Positions 1 through 14,814 of a DNA stretch of 64,000 nt are shown in pieces. Position 1 is the stretch's first letter. The number at the start of each line of letters is the position of its first letter. The notes under the pieces were generated by a model. It saw nothing but the letters and a program-made list of their open reading frames with translations, ran no database searches and had not been told where the DNA came from. A program made the position numbers and the translations under genes. The stretch spans positions 23,250,001 to 23,314,000 of the forward strand of contig NC_086383.1 of the NCBI RefSeq assembly GCF_036588685.1, read 5' to 3'. The DNA is from Mytilus trossulus (taxonomy: Eukaryota).

Positions 1-830
1 TCTTAATCCGGCATGTATCTGGTTGTAATCGGTTTTTTTATTCATGTTGATCCAAGTTATCTACTTATCAATGTTGATTCTTTTTAATGTTTCTGAGTGA
101 TGTGTGACTTTCGTTTTCTATAAACCTGTAAACATTTTGTAATGGACGGCTGTCATTAAGACTTGTTAGGGTCCTTGGCTGTTTTCTGATCATTGGCCGA
201 GTTGTTGTCTCTTCAGCACACTACCCGTTTTCATTCTCAATACTTTTTTCCGTTTTTTTACATGACAATGTCACTTTATATTCGACTTATACATTTTAAT
301 GTCCTGCTGGTATCTTTCGTATCTATTTCAAAACTATCAATTAATTTTAATACATTGTACAGTTTGTTGATTTCAATTAATTTTAAAATAAAATTAGGTA
401 CAGAATTCATGTGTATGTGTTACACGACAAACGCAACTAGTAAACATCGTTGGTGAGTGTATAATTTATCAATCGAAAGTCATGATAAACACCCACTTAC
501 TGTACACTGTTGTTTGGAATACGCTATTTTATTTCGCATACCATAAACATGCCTAAACGTTCAGTTCGGAAAATATTTTGGGCAGGAGGTGAGTAGGTAG
601 ATTATCGCTAAGTTTATTTCTAACAAAGTCCTACACTTTTAACACAACGTAACAGTGATGAGTAGATTATTTGCGATGTACTGTTTACTTTCGCTACCAA
701 CATATATGTTGCCATTTTTTCAACCCGTACCAGGCATATGGATGTTGAACGGTGACTTGTAATCGTTTAAGTCATTGATTTTAGGTCATGGTCTATGGAA
801 ATTTGTCTCAATAACCCTGATATTCAACTG
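1..830 (+). repeat. Segmental duplicate of about 16010-16790; contains the empty site of the Academ insertion
   Basis: Colinear similarity: tccggcatgtatct..ttcatgttgatcc..gtcattaagacttgttaggg..tgtcactttatattcgacttata..ctgtttactttcgcta..ttgtctca occurs in both places. Positions 1-20 (tcttaatccggcatgtatct) match the joined Academ flanks tcttgatcc|ggcatgtatct. Confidence 0.85.
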
Positions 831-1969
831 CTTAGTTTAATAATTTATCAAGTAATCAAGTAATCAAGTACATTTAAAACTGTAAATGAAAAACATTTCT
901 TGCAATGTCTTTTTACATGTATCAAGACATACTAATACAACCTATAGTTTGCCCAACACAAAACATCAGGTCAGCATGCTTTTACACAAACTCAAGTAAT
1001 CAATTCATCGAAGTACGGTTAAAACATGCATGTAACGTAATTATGAACAAACGAAAATGATACAAAATATTCCGTGTATATTGACTCTTTCATTTATTTT
1101 CCGTGTTTTTTTTTTATTCTAATGATGCCAGAATTTTCTCAATTAATACGCCAAGATGTTTGAATTTAATTAAAAAGGCTTGTAGCGTGAAGTTATTTTA
1201 ATTCATTGATTATATTTAAAAAAAAAAGCATACCTTTATTGTCGAAACCTTACATTTACACAGAAGTTACTTTTACAAGGTTACAAATACCACACACTGC
1301 TGAATAACTTTAACACGCTTTATTGCTGATATCATCATTGCATCTGTGAATGAGTTTTTCGTAAGACATCATCTTGTTAGTTATACTAAGATCGTTAATA
1401 AAACTAAAACGCTGTACATTGACACATCTTAACTTTTATGTTCACGAACTAGCGTTAAAGACTCACTGAATAAATTGTACAGCTTCTTGTATGGAATTCA
1501 GTTGAAGTTGCTCTGGAACGGCTTACATGTATATTACTCCCAATAAGAAAGCAATAAACTCTGTTCACTTGGACAAAACAGTTCACCTTAAAAATGTTTC
1601 AAAACTGAAAATACAAAATATCATTCTATAAAGTTCCGTATGCATTTACACAAAAGACGATTTTTTGTATTATCGCTATTTTGTGCATTTTACTTTGATC
1701 TTTTTTTTTGTGATAATATTTCATATAATGCTATTTGCTTCTCGTATCGGCTCCAGCATACGAACAATATCCTTGAGATGATCAACGATAATCATAATCA
1801 CAGTGTTCGAATAATAGATGATTTGAGTTTTAAATATTTCGTAATGGATACAAAATAATCGCATAATAATTTGTTAAGTTATTTTAACTATGTATAATTA
1901 TGTCTTGATTGTATTTTGATTTATAAAATTCTGTGTTTTAATGAAAAACAAATTAACAAAATAACATTC

Positions 1970-2305
1970 AACCTTTTTGTTATAGTTTTGTCTATAACAA
2001 TATGGTATCTGCAACATGATCTCAAAAACACTTCAATAATCGTCATAAATAAAGTGGATTTTCCATTCTAAAAGTAGATCTTTGTTATGCAATAATCCAC
2101 ATATTGACAACAGTAGAAGAATCTTATAAAATTAATGTTGATATGTAACCCTTTTGTTATAGTTTTGTCTATAACAATATTATTTATGAAACATGATCTC
2201 AATAACACTTCCTTATAATCGTCATAAAGGAAGTAGATTTTCCCTTCTAAAAATAGATCTTTGTTATGCTAGAATCAACATATTGACAACGGAGAAGAAT
2301 CAACA
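1970..2305 (+). repeat. Two-copy tandem duplication, unit about 177 bp
   Basis: cttttgttatagttttgtctataacaatat...aacatgatctcaa..acacttc..taatcgtcataaa..gatctttgttatgc..catattgacaac..agaagaatc occurs at about 1970 and about 2148. Confidence 0.85.
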
Positions 2306-2649
2306 AAATGTATGTTAATCTTTAATTAATGTTGATATATTTGTATTAATAAGACAACAATTTGTTACTGCGATTTTCTTAATTAAGATTGTTAGGTTTA
2401 GTTTCAGTCAAGGTTTATGTCATTTTTTTTTTTGTGTATTAATATTTGACTTTATTAAAGGTCTTTTTATCGAATAATGACATGTTTTGACGACATTCCT
2501 TTAATGATTATAATTAATGTTTATATTTGCATATGAATATTTCAACCAGGTACGACAAATTGCTAAATTTAAATTGTTTCGCTTAATTTCTGTCAAGGTT
2601 ATTAGTATCAAATTTGTATTGAAGTAGGGTATGTTAAGTTTTCTTAATT

Positions 2650-2855
2650 CTAGTTTCTTTTGTATAATTCGGAGTTTAGTATGACGACGTCCATTATCAC
2701 TGAACTACTATCCATATTTGTTAATGGGCCAACTGAAGGACTCCTTCTGGTGCGGGAGTTTCTCGCTGCCTTAAAGACCTATTGATGGCATTCGGCTGTA
2801 GTCTTCTCTATGGTCGGATTGTTGTCTCTTTGATACATGCACAATTTTCATACAC
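2650..2855 (-). repeat. Dispersed repeat fragment (same family as 60367-60527)
   Basis: Reverse complement of the 60367 copy: ccaactgaaggactccttctggtgcgggagtttctcgctgc..ggtcggattgttgtctctttga. Confidence 0.7.
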
Positions 2856-5800
2856 AATTTCATGTTAATATATTCAATACCAAGCTTTAGCTGTCGAAAC
2901 AACTAATCTGTGCCGGAAAAAAAATGGAAAATTGTACCCCGATGGGAAATATCACACCTTCTGTATAAACACATTCGATCCCCAGAATATTGAAAAGTGA
3001 ATCCACAATTCATTTATTCATATCTCTAATTACGACTTAATCTTATGCTATAAACATGATAAACGGTTTCAAAATGATGTTTCAAATGGAATTCTGTTCA
3101 CTAATGGGGGAAGAGGTTCATTTTCCTTTGATTAATACAAATATGATAGCATCATTTCAAAGATGTAAATATTCATACTAAAGAAATATTATTCCTATAT
3201 ACAATAGCTTAAATAGCCATGAAAATTTTAAAAAATATGAGATCTATAGGAAGGGACACCGTATTCAATGATAGGGGATTACATTTTTCCATGGTTGAAT
3301 ACAAACAAATCTGTTTTTATCATATTTAATTCCCTCCAAAACTTATTGATGCATTAAACATAGCTGTATAAGCTATGCCAATTTTTAAAATATGGGGCCT
3401 GCACCGTTAGCCACTTGTCCCATGCCCCAGACTAGAAACATTTTATTTAAGCTTGTTTTATTATTGGACTTCGGACTAGTATTGGGAAAAAGTTGAGTGC
3501 AGACTGAGTCTGAAGCAAGGAATTAAGTTTTCCATGGTAAAGAATTAAATTTTCTATAGCTGAAAACAAAACAAAAAACAAAACATTTCCTAACTTATTT
3601 TTTTGCTTCCGAAAATTCTAATGATTTTATCTTTATACTATTGTTGAATAGATTTGCAAAATTGAAATTTAAAGCGTAATAGCCAGGGGTGGTTTGGGTC
3701 AATGGTAGGGGTTGAATTGTCACAGATGAGTAAAAATGATTTAAAATATTTTCTAAAATTACAATTACAAGACTGCAATCTATAACAGTACAACATAAGA
3801 ACGTACTATAAAAATCAGTTGAAAAAGGCTTAACTCACCAGAAGGATAAAAATACAAGTGGTCGGGTACTTGTACATCCCTACAACAAAAAAACACTAGG
3901 AACAGATCTTAGAGTACTCGCAAATATGTGACAGCTAGTTCAAAGCCACGAACAACTAATAAAAAAATCACGCATCTAAAACTAAACAATCAATCCATAC
4001 ACCTCCAACATCCAATGGATTTCGTGTAAAGACGTCATAAACAGTTTAGTCTTAATGCATTGTTAATATATTCCTTAGCTGGAATGGCTGTGACAACGAA
4101 AACAAATATCAATGCATGTAGATCACAGTATAATTTCCTATTCAGTGCGAATCAATACGATTTTTAAAATCGTACCTATGAATATATTTAATCCGACTTT
4201 TTTTTAACTAAGTGTTATGAAAATTTTACTTAGAAATTCATCTTACATATATAATAATGTTTATGTATTGTTGAAATATATTTATAACGCTTTACATTAA
4301 TTGCATCTAAAATTAAAATGCGGGCCTTTAACGATTTTTTTCACATCTATCATAGATTGAACATTAAAAATGAATTCCCAAATCGACAACAAAAAACTAT
4401 CAGACGAAGTAAATTATGGTTTGCTTTTTTATAAAGGAAAGTAATGACTTCATACATTATTTTATGCGCAGGTAGGTTAATGCTGTTCTGGAGTAAATCG
4501 GCTATTTATTCATATAAAAATCAATGATATTTGAAATTATTTAGAATTTTAGTCTAGAAACTTTCTTACCCAGAACTTATTTTTATCATCCCTAATATCA
4601 TCCAAAGTTTTCATTTCTGGTGTCTCAGAACCCCCCACCTGGTTACCATGGTAACGGCCAGCATTCAAAGATGGTGTTTGAACACCCAACTTCAAGAGCC
4701 TGACGCACCCCAAAGAACTAGACAAATGAATTAAAATAAAGTTGTATTTGTTTGACAAAGATGTTATCTTTTCCTTAACAGCTGTTTCTTTCTTTAAATG
4801 TGCCCTTTTATAATAAAAAATAACAGAAGTGACATACATTCCTACCGTGGCCACACCAAAAGTCAACTATCTTGTCAATTTTTAAAATATTGTATTCGTT
4901 TTAAAAACAAGAAACAGCAATCTTGGTATTCATGAGCTTTTTAGGAATAAATATGCCAAGTTTTAAAGAGATCAATAAATGTGAACGGGGTGTGCCAATG
5001 CGATCTTTATAGATAAAAACACTGAATTGATTCAGATCGATTATCCCCCTTTTCGGTGTAAAAATGCCGGGAAAGAAATAATCGACATTTTGATAGATTT
5101 TGACTAGAAATAGACACATAAAAGATATAAAATAATGTTTTTTTTTCACTTTTACTCTTGAGGTGTTAATACATCTTTAAAGTATCACCGTGCATACGAA
5201 GAGAAAAAAGGGGGGATGCGCTAACGTTATATTTTGTATTAAAGAGCTTTCGTAACCCCAATGTTCATTTCTAACTGCACATGTGTGTCATATGTGTCGA
5301 TTGCAAATAAAATATTATCTTGCTTACTTTCTTAAATTTAATTATCATTGGGTCTTAACGACTTTTTGATTACCAAGGTTTGGCATATAGTAAAATCGAG
5401 AGAAAAATAACGTGATGACGAACGGCAAAACAGTATTTCTAAAACAAAATGATTCTGCTGATAGGGAAAAATACTTTAACAAGCACCCGTTCATGGTAGT
5501 ATGAAGCCCCTTCCATCAAACTCATGTTTCATGAGAAATAGTAACCTGCGAAGGCCTGTTAAAGTTTTTTTTTAAATGTTTGTATTTAAAAACATTTTTT
5601 ATTAGTTCACTGAATCATTAAGATCAATAACTGTCACATAACATGTCTGAATGGGTCTTTTTAAAACTATATCAGCTGCATGTAAGCTAGAATTTCTAGA
5701 GCTATGTTCATTTGTTGAACATGCATCATTCATTCATTGCAGTCTTTTCAGTATAAAACAGTAAATTGTTATAGAAAAAAAAACATTAAAAAAGTAATTT

Positions 5801-8800
5801 CCTTGAGATAAAACTATTTGTTTATTCAATAAAGTTGTATGCATGTGAAAGCATTGAGTTCATTATGAGTATTATCTGCTTATTAAATTCAATGTCAAAG
5901 AAACTTATGATATTTTTTTCATTCATTTCAAATAGTTTTCTCAAAATTAAAACAAAAAGCATTGCATATGTCACATTGAATTAAAACTGACAATTACAAT
6001 CCATACAATACTTTCTTGTGGGTTTCAATGATCCATAATAAATGTAGACATATATCATCCTGCTGGTTTTCATATGATAATGTGTTGTAATAGATAATTC
6101 TTTATTCCTATACATGTCTTTTTTTATTTCACATGTTACATGCAAAGAATATTCCTATATTCATGTAAAATGTTGTGAATTACAAAGTAACAATATATAT
6201 AACTGTAAGTACATGTAGGTACCACATATGATGTTTGAATTATAATTCTCACTCAGTTCACAGTTTTTTGTATGTATCCAAAATTATCTCAACTACTGCA
6301 AATGATGCATAAAGATATGAACATTTCCTTTTGTGTGTTGATCCTTCAAGAAGGAAGTGCACAGTCATTTCCTCTGATGTAAAACTTTTATTTCTTTGTC
6401 TTCAATGTTCCAGAGTCAGTTTTTACAGTAATTTAATCCTTCCTTTTGTTGTCATACTGAAAATTGCTGCATTCCAAAAGTTGTATGTGACATGGCATGG
6501 GGTTTTCTTAATCAACATTGTTATAGTTTTGTTATATGTCCTCAAGCTTTTATCTTTAAAACATTGATTTCACTTTCTTGTCATGCATAGATCTATCTCC
6601 ATATATGGTTACAAATTGTCTGACGATTTCCTTGTGTGTGTTGACTCTTCATATAAACAAGTGGTCACTCTTTTTCTCTGATTACGTTCTTCAAATTTCA
6701 GTTAGGCTATAGTTTAAACTTGTATAACAACATCTTCATACATGTACTGACAAAAATATGTAAACAATTAGTGATATTTTAAAAATAATTGATATTCATG
6801 TTATGATACAAATAGAAAACTTCAGTCAAAATTGTCATATTAGTGTATTCCTTAATTATTATTAATAATTAAGGAATACACATTTATTGAATTAAAAGTA
6901 AACTTGACACAAAGTTTAATTGATGAATTTTCTGTAAAAGTACAATAAAGTTTGTAAGTACAACTTATTTTATCTGATATTTACCCATTACATTGCTTTG
7001 CCAATTTGTTATTAATCAATGTGACTAAATCAATATTGGGTGGGTGCGACTTAATACACCAGACAACTTATACACCTAACCTGAGGGTCTGGATGTTGTT
7101 TACAGAATACATACAATCACGTAATAATCCTTATGGGCAAAAAGTGCAAAAATAAAAGGCTAAGAAATTAAAGAATCAGAAAAGACTGAAAATAAAAGAC
7201 AATGCTGGTATGTTAAAATACAAAGAATAGAGAATAATGAGCAAAAGAGATAAAGATTATAGAAAACGGTATAAAAAGAATAAAGAACGGAAGTACCCTA
7301 GCAGGAATCATTCAATATACTACAATTAATACTTACATTTAATTGTGTAGACCTCATATTTGATATTATAGAAACTACACTCTTTATGCAGGTGTAAATC
7401 AATCTACTAAAAAGTTACAATATTAATTGACAGGTTTCAATTAAACTCAATTGTATACACACCTGCAGATGATTGTAAATAAACACAATTAAGATTGATC
7501 TGTTGATGTAAATTGTTTTAAAACAAGTTTGTCAAAATTTGAAAAGATCTACACAAAGAAACAAATACTTCAGATACACATTATTATAGTGAATCAATAT
7601 TACAAATAAATATTAAATATAATATAATGCCTTTAAACTTCACATTTAAAGAAAACTGAACAAATTAGTAAAGACACAAAATGTAAATGTACACTAACAG
7701 GGATCATTTAAAATGATAGTATACTGACTTAGCATCAGATTTAAAACCATAAATGAAAAGTTGTTTATCAATTATGGCCATGATAAAAAATTATATTTCT
7801 CACATATCATAACATCTCTTATTTGTGCCTGCCTACACAATTTTATTACAAACAGACAAGCCATAGCCATAAGTATGATGCACAGTCATGCATGCATCTA
7901 TTGTAAATAATTCTTTGTTTTACTTTTATAATATGTTATAAATTGAAATAAGAAATGATTTGGAATGAGTAATCAGATCGATCTATAGATTCATGTTCGA
8001 ATATACCTAATAGATCTTTAAAAAAAATGGTAAGGTGTTTGCCTCAAACATAAATTATAAAATGACATGCATCACGAGACATATTGAGGGGAAATTAAGG
8101 CATAGGGGAAAGGTGGCGGGACTCAGGTGGGCATGGTACTCGGACACTTTAACACATTTTACTCCTTACGTTGCATGGTTGATCATGGTTTCTGACCAAT
8201 AATGATTAAGAATGTTTGACCCGCATGCGTGCATCCCTGGTCAGTCTGCAAAATGTCGACATAAAGTAATTTAGTCAATAGTCAATGACGATCGGATTGT
8301 TTATAAGCAATTAAAATAGTGTTAACGTGAAAAATTAATTCAAAGGAAGTTTCCACAGACTGCCCACATCATGTTGACAGCGAAACGTGTAAATAACCAC
8401 ATTTTTTAAATAAACATACAGCTTTCTCGTCAGACTACATTCATTATCGTGAATGAAATGAATATCCACGATCCTCGGCAGAAGGCTTACATGATTTAAA
8501 ACTAACGTACCTCAAAATATAAGCAACACACAGCTATATTAACGTGTTGTTGTCAAAATGGTGACACTGACTTCTATCATAACAAGGTGCCCGATCAGCT
8601 GTTCGTGACTTGCTCAAAATTGACGTCGACGAAACGTTCTAGCCAATCACGTGTCGAATAGTTGAGAAAATGACGTCAGATTTAGATTGCGATGCAAACA
8701 CCGAAAATCATTGCCAATTTTTTTAAACTGCATTAACCTGCCTGTGTGTTTCATTGAAACAAGTTATCGTCCGGGTTGATTCTTTGAAAGAATGACCTAT

Positions 8801-9666
8801 CGTTCTGAAAGGAAATAACTCCATAAAGATATATAACCTATTACAATAAAACATATCATTCATATAACGTCCAAAATGTAACCCATTTTTGTCGGAGTGG
8901 ATCCAATTTCAGATGATTTTAAATGATGAATTAACATTTTAATTTGTCTACCTAAATTAAATCGTGCATGAAGCAACATGTGGAAATATTAACCAGGTAA
9001 ATATTAGCATGTTAATTTATTGTAATAAAAATTCATAATATCTTATAACATGTGTAGATTAAACTAACAAAGTCCTCATATTTGTATAAAGTAACATTCG
9101 TTTATAGTGGAAAAAATCGTTTTAACGTTAAAGAAGCTACAATTGAAAATTGCTTTCTAGTCCCGCTCTGTGATTGATATTAGATAACTCTGGTTAATTG
9201 CGCAATCTTTTTTTTTTTATCTTTAAATTAATTTCCCAATCAATAAGAGGTGATCAATAAATCGGCTTTTATTTATAGTCTTTTTTTCAAAAATGATGAA
9301 TGATTCTATATATTGGTATGTAATCATTTTAAACGTTTCAAATTTATGGACTTATGTTCAACAATGTCTTTGATACACCTATAACACAAACTAAAATATA
9401 TTATTTTGATACATTTTGTAATCATTCAAAATTAAATCATAAACCTATACCTATTTATAAAATAATGAACATGTTAAAGGGAGATAATACTCGCATAACC
9501 TTTTTTCGAATCGGCACATAATACAAAGTAATATCACTCTTGCATACAATTGCACATCAATATAATTAATTGTGCATTCGTGCTCCACCTTCAATGACAA
9601 TTCTTAATTATAAATATAACAAGCAGTTGTTAATCTATAGGATAGTGAAGACTAATGAAAGCTAAT

Positions 9667-10481
9667 GCGGGGTTCACACATTGCCGATTATTTCTCCCGT
9701 TTGAGATCAGACAGCGATACGAAACGAAAAGTGAAAAAGTCGGATTACTATCCTCAATTATCTGGAATGTCCTATCATTGTCTGAACGCAGTCGTTTAAG
9801 TTCGTAACAGATTCCTACGGGTCGGGAAGGGTCCGAATAGTTTGGCGAAGCACCCCGACAGTTAGGTGCGTCCCGTAACATTTGGGAAAACTCAGCCGAT
9901 TTAGTCTAGTCGGATTACAGTCGTGCCTATGTCGTGTCAGATTCTGCTGTATCGGATCAAAATCCTAACAATGTTTTGTGTATTCTGGACGGTGTCCTGT
10001 GGAACGGGAATGATCTGGAGAAATTTTTCATCGCTGTTTTTCTGCTGATTGAGTCCATCTTGAGAGATCTTGTGAAGATTGCGAACCGTTTTTGCCGAAA
10101 CCGTTCCGGAACTGTCCCGTTGTTAATACGAAATTCGTCAATAATACCCACGTCGGAGTCCCGACAATTACAGAATACAATACGACTGAGACCAGACAAA
10201 GCCGTTTACAATTCCGACAGTACCTGTTCATCCCGATAAGTTGGTTTAAAAGCGGATTGAGAACGGGAGTATCGGGATAAATTCGCTTGGAAACGGTTGA
10301 ATATTGACGCTTCCTGAACAATATCTGATTGTTGTGATTAAATTATTTGTTTTACAAATTCTAATTAAAGTTTGAATTTCCATCTACAATTCACAGGATC
10401 TTGATCAGACTTTTGACAAATTTTAATCGGGAATAGTCCTGTCAAGGACGGTAGCAGAAATCGTGAATGTGTGACCCCAGC
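9667..10481. mobile_element. Non-autonomous TIR element (MITE), superfamily uncertain
   Basis: Left end gcggggttcacacattgccgatt; right end aatcgtgaatgtgtgaccccagc (imperfect inverted repeat). The interior is GC-richer than the flanks. TSD not clear. Confidence 0.65.
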
Positions 10482-10868
10482 TCAACCCAGTTAAAAATAT
10501 TACTTTGAAATGTTTTAAAACTTACTCAGAATAATGATCGAGCCACTTGACTTTCATAGCTCATAGTTAACGTTTTGACACGATATTTTACGAAAGTAGT
10601 TCTAGATTATTTGCTTCTCTAAGTGTAAGACGCAATACAAATCATCGTATGCTTGCATCATCTTACCTAATACAGATTTAATTAAGTCCTGAACATTTCG
10701 ACATTTGTTTGTTTATTTTTTATCAAAACCTGTTTAAAACAAATCACAAGTACATGTTACGATCCCACTAAATACCTATATCCCGATTTCGTCAGGTACA
10801 TATGCTATAAATATTGTTACTTTTTAGTAGCAAGGTACTATAATACCAATTACCATTTTCTTTTGAAG

Positions 10869-10953
10869 AATTGAAGTACAAGTTGAAAAAGAACGGACTG
10901 TAAGCAAGCATCATCTCAAGAAATTTACACTGAGAGCCAAGCGCATCAACAAA
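10869..10953 (+). CDS. Candidate upstream coding exon of the ADP-ribosyltransferase-like gene
   Basis: ttttcttttgaag acceptor, then 85 nt reading IEVQVEKERTVSKHHLKKFTLRAKRINK, then a gtaagc donor in phase 0, matching the phase-0 acceptor at 18983. The linkage is inferred only. Confidence 0.35.
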
Positions 10954-13303
10954 GTAAGCATCAATTAATTTGCATACAAGTCACTAAAATAAAACACAGG
11001 GATAGAATCTGAATTGTGTGATAGATTTTAATATGTATTGTTATAATGTTTACACTATTGGAAAGACTCACCGGAAAGATAGAAAAACAGCTATTATAAA
11101 AAATAAATCCTGTTTGCAAATATATATATAAAGAAGATTAACCGGGGACGTTCTTTACGGGTAGCGCTCTTCTCGCATATTTTATGATAATATGACACTA
11201 AACCTTACGGCAGGTATTGTGTCTGTTCTAAAAATGGTGACACACTCTTTCAATTGGTAAAATTGGCGTCTTGATCCTAGTGGGAGATATTATGGACATA
11301 ATCGTGCAAATCGTGATACAAGCATGAAATTTGGTATATGGGTGGACAAAATGATAATTAAAAAAAATCAGCTGCTGGCCATAAAAAAATCTCATTTTTT
11401 CAAGATGGCCACCGCTCATTTTGCAAATGGCGTCATATCCAATTGTTTACATTTCGTAAATCATTTGAAACCTGTGTAGCAGATATAATCCAATGTCAGT
11501 TTTGAAAAAACTTAAAGTACAGTTCCTGAAGTACGAAAAAACAATACCTACATGAAGAAAAAGGGTGACTTCCGGTCCCAAGATGGCGGCATAATGTTGA
11601 AAATGTCAATTTTATGATTTCTATAAACTTAACAAGAGATATTACTGACTTTTTGTAAGTTCAAACGCATATATAGATATCTTATAATTATCTGACAGTT
11701 ACCAATACACAAACATGCACACGGAAGGCCTGAACGGTATCATTTACAGTTACCAACACAGCTGAATTTCTGGCATCCGCATTTCAAAAACTCGAGGATC
11801 AGCGGCCAGCAAAGAAGTCCATCTTGGTTTCCAATTATCATTGGGTTTTTTTCTTTAACCCAACTCCTGTTGTCATGACTTGGTACATGAACCTGTCGAA
11901 ATGCATAAATCTAGACGAGCCCAAACATGTCCACCTTGATATATGCTTCTCCTTTGATGTGCAACAGAAGATTAAAATCGTTTGCAAGGAAGTAGTGGCC
12001 TTATGATGCTATTACGCCTACCACAGGTAATGATAATAATTGTGTGGTAGGCGGATTAGCATAATAAGGCCGCTGTTTCTTTGCAAACGATTTTAATCGT
12101 ACCTCCTTAACAGCAAACGGTGATGTTTCCGTACATGATGCAAACAAATACTTATATGATGTCCATGTCTGTGTCTTCATACAAAATCGGGCAAACATGT
12201 CTGTTACATCTGAGAATACATCAAATGTCTGCCAAGCTCACCCTTTAACTTTTCGATGAAATACTGACTCACTAAACGCATGGAAGAAAGGAAAAGCTGC
12301 TACACAAGGACCAAACGTATTTGATATGACATGTACAGGAAGCAGTCGAAAGTATTTATTCCTTCAAAAACATATCCAACATTTGTCCACACCTAATCTT
12401 GCGAGCACTGCAATTCCTAATACTACTACATCTATGTCAGTACTACTTAAAATTACTTTTTACAACCATTTTCAGCAGCATGCTTATCATGGACACTCTT
12501 TCGTGTATCTGCTTTTTCACTGTTACAAGGGGATGTCTTGGAAGTATCAGTATTGAAATTGCAAGGTACATTTTCAACTTGAGTAGCATAAGCATTTTCA
12601 TTAGTCTCTAAAGAAGCAATTCTGTCCGCTAGAAACCTTAACAATTCCTTTTTGTTATCATCTTCACAGAGAAAACTACTCCAAAACTAGAACCAACAAC
12701 TTTCCGTCTAGCCCCAGTACTTTGCCTTTTGTTTTCGTCCCAGCCTTCAAATAATTAATTTAGTAAACAACAAATCGATGTCTTCTCTTGGATACTTATC
12801 GAAGGAAGACGTATGAAAGGCAGTATGATATCATTTACATAATCATCAGATATGTTTGTCCCAAGTGGTGGCAATAAACTAACCATTGCTGTCCAACTAA
12901 CGATAAATGAGTCAGAATTTGGATCAGTTAATGGCAAATCGCAGAATGTTTCAGGAATACCAATTTGCTGCGATTTAATACCACATCCTGCCACATAGAC
13001 GGAGGAGCAGTTTGATTTTAATTGCTATAGAAGAAATAAACGTCTAGAAAAGAGATTGCAATCAGTGTTCAGGTTCTCTAGCTTTGTTTTTTGACAAAGA
13101 AGTTTCCAGTTTCCTTTTACGGCTCTTATATGGAAATATTCTTTTTCATCTTGTTAAAAAAGCAGATTCTCTTTCGTTTCACAATTGCTTCAAAAGATCG
13201 TGCTGTTTTAATCCAATATCTTGGAGTTTATATACATATCTTAACTACTTCTGAATCAACAATTTCCTTAAAAGAGCAAATTGTGTACAAATCTGACGAC
13301 TCT

Positions 13304-14020
13304 TCTATCCCATCGAATTGGAGTTAAAGGATACTACAGATACAGTTAAGTCGGCTTCATATCTTGACTTACATCTAGAAATTGACAATGAGGGTCGGTT
13401 GAAGACAAAACTTTACGACAAAAGAGATGATTTCAGCTTTCCTATTGTGAACTTTCCATTTCTAAGTAGCAACATTCCAGCAGCACCTGCATACGGGGTA
13501 TATATCTCCCAATTGATACGATATTCCCGTGCTTGCATTTCCTATCATGATTTTCTTGATAGAGGGTTACTGCTCACAAGGAAGCTATTAAACCAAGAGT
13601 TCCAAATGGTGAAGTTGAAATCATCCCTTCGTAAATTTTACGGACGCCATCACGAGTTGGTTGACCGTTATGGGATAACCGTTTCACAAATGATATCGGA
13701 TTTGTTCCTTACGTCGTAACTACAATCTCCTTCCCTTTCATGAATTTGACCTACCGAATTAGACTATTTACCGGATTTGTAATCACATAAGCAACACGAC
13801 GGGTGCCGCATGTGGAGCAGGATCTGCTTACCCTTCCAGAGCACCTGAGATCACCACTAGTTTTTGGTGGGGTTCGTGTTGTTTATTCTTTAGTTTTCTA
13901 TGTTGTGTCATGTGTACTATTGTTTTTCTGTTTGTCTTTTTCATTTTTAGCCATGGCGTTGTCAGTTTGTTTTAGATTTACGAGTTTGACTGTCCCTTTG
14001 GTGTATTTCGTCCCTCTTTT
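13304..14020 (+). mobile_element. 5'-truncated Penelope-like retroelement (RT C-terminal part + 3' region) nested in the Academ element
   Basis: ORF 13318-13719 reads KDTTDTVKSASYLDLHL..LYDKRDDFSFPIVNFPFLSSNIP..YGVYISQLIRYSRAC, typical of the PLE RT end/thumb. No GIY-YIG domain follows. TTCTA occurs at both junctions (13303-07, 14019-23). The 3' tail recurs elsewhere in the window. Confidence 0.85.
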
Positions 14021-14814
14021 CTAGAAATGGATTATCAAACTTGTTCATCACTTTAGAAAGCCTTTAACGGTTTTCGAAGAAATCCTTTTGTGTTTCGTAG
14101 AGTCTTCATGACGTCGTTCTTCTGTCGTAGAATAACTCAAACCACTAAATCTTTCAAATCCATCTACCAGTCTACTGACTTCTGGTTCAGCTACCATCTA
14201 TCGACTGGAAGAGATCTTCGATTAAACGTATGGTACCAACATCGCCGTTCACGACTTTTTATTCTGTGTTTGTGTCTGATAAGAAATTAACTTGCTGGTC
14301 TTACGTACAGTAAAAATTACCATTTGCAAATGTCATTGCCACGTGTGAATGATGTTGTTGAAGGGAAACCATATCGTGGAGATGGATGGGTAACCATCGA
14401 GCATGATTTACACGATCAAGACCAACATTGGTAGCATGCTTGATATGGACTGTTTGTAAATTACGATATTTGACTCGTGAAATGAGCGTACTACCGAAGG
14501 AACATGAAGTTCGTTATTCATAATTGAACGCCAGAAACTGTGGTCGATATGACTATCTTTCCTTACACCCGTTGATCACAGTCATACTTGAACGTTACAG
14601 AGTCATGAACTATATGTTCTGTGTTAACGCTTTCATAACGGCTGGCATTATCAATATAAGCAAACCACATATGCAGTTATCTGATGCGCTTGTCTATTCC
14701 TAATTTGATTTGAACATACATGAAAAGCATCTGATATTCTAGGTGTTGCCATATCGGCTTCAGTGGAACACATGTCTTTCCACTATCACGCAATATATCA
14801 CTCAGAATTTTAAA

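Noticed and set aside
4549-5149. Two - strand ORFs (105 and 82 aa), possibly viral or TE relics
   Set aside because: Non-ATG starts and no motif I can recognise. A TBLASTX/HHpred search would be needed.
6320-6700. Coding-like - strand patch with an internal repeat (tcaacacac..aggaaat twice)
   Set aside because: Stops in the frames examined and no assignable family.
9630-10321. Overlapping ORFs of 62-101 aa
   Set aside because: They lie inside a GC-richer MITE and have no recognisable domain.
13803-14024. 73-aa hydrophobic ORF (also the tails of 38871-39257 and 62755-62937)
   Set aside because: Translation of the T-rich 3' tail of the Penelope-like repeat.
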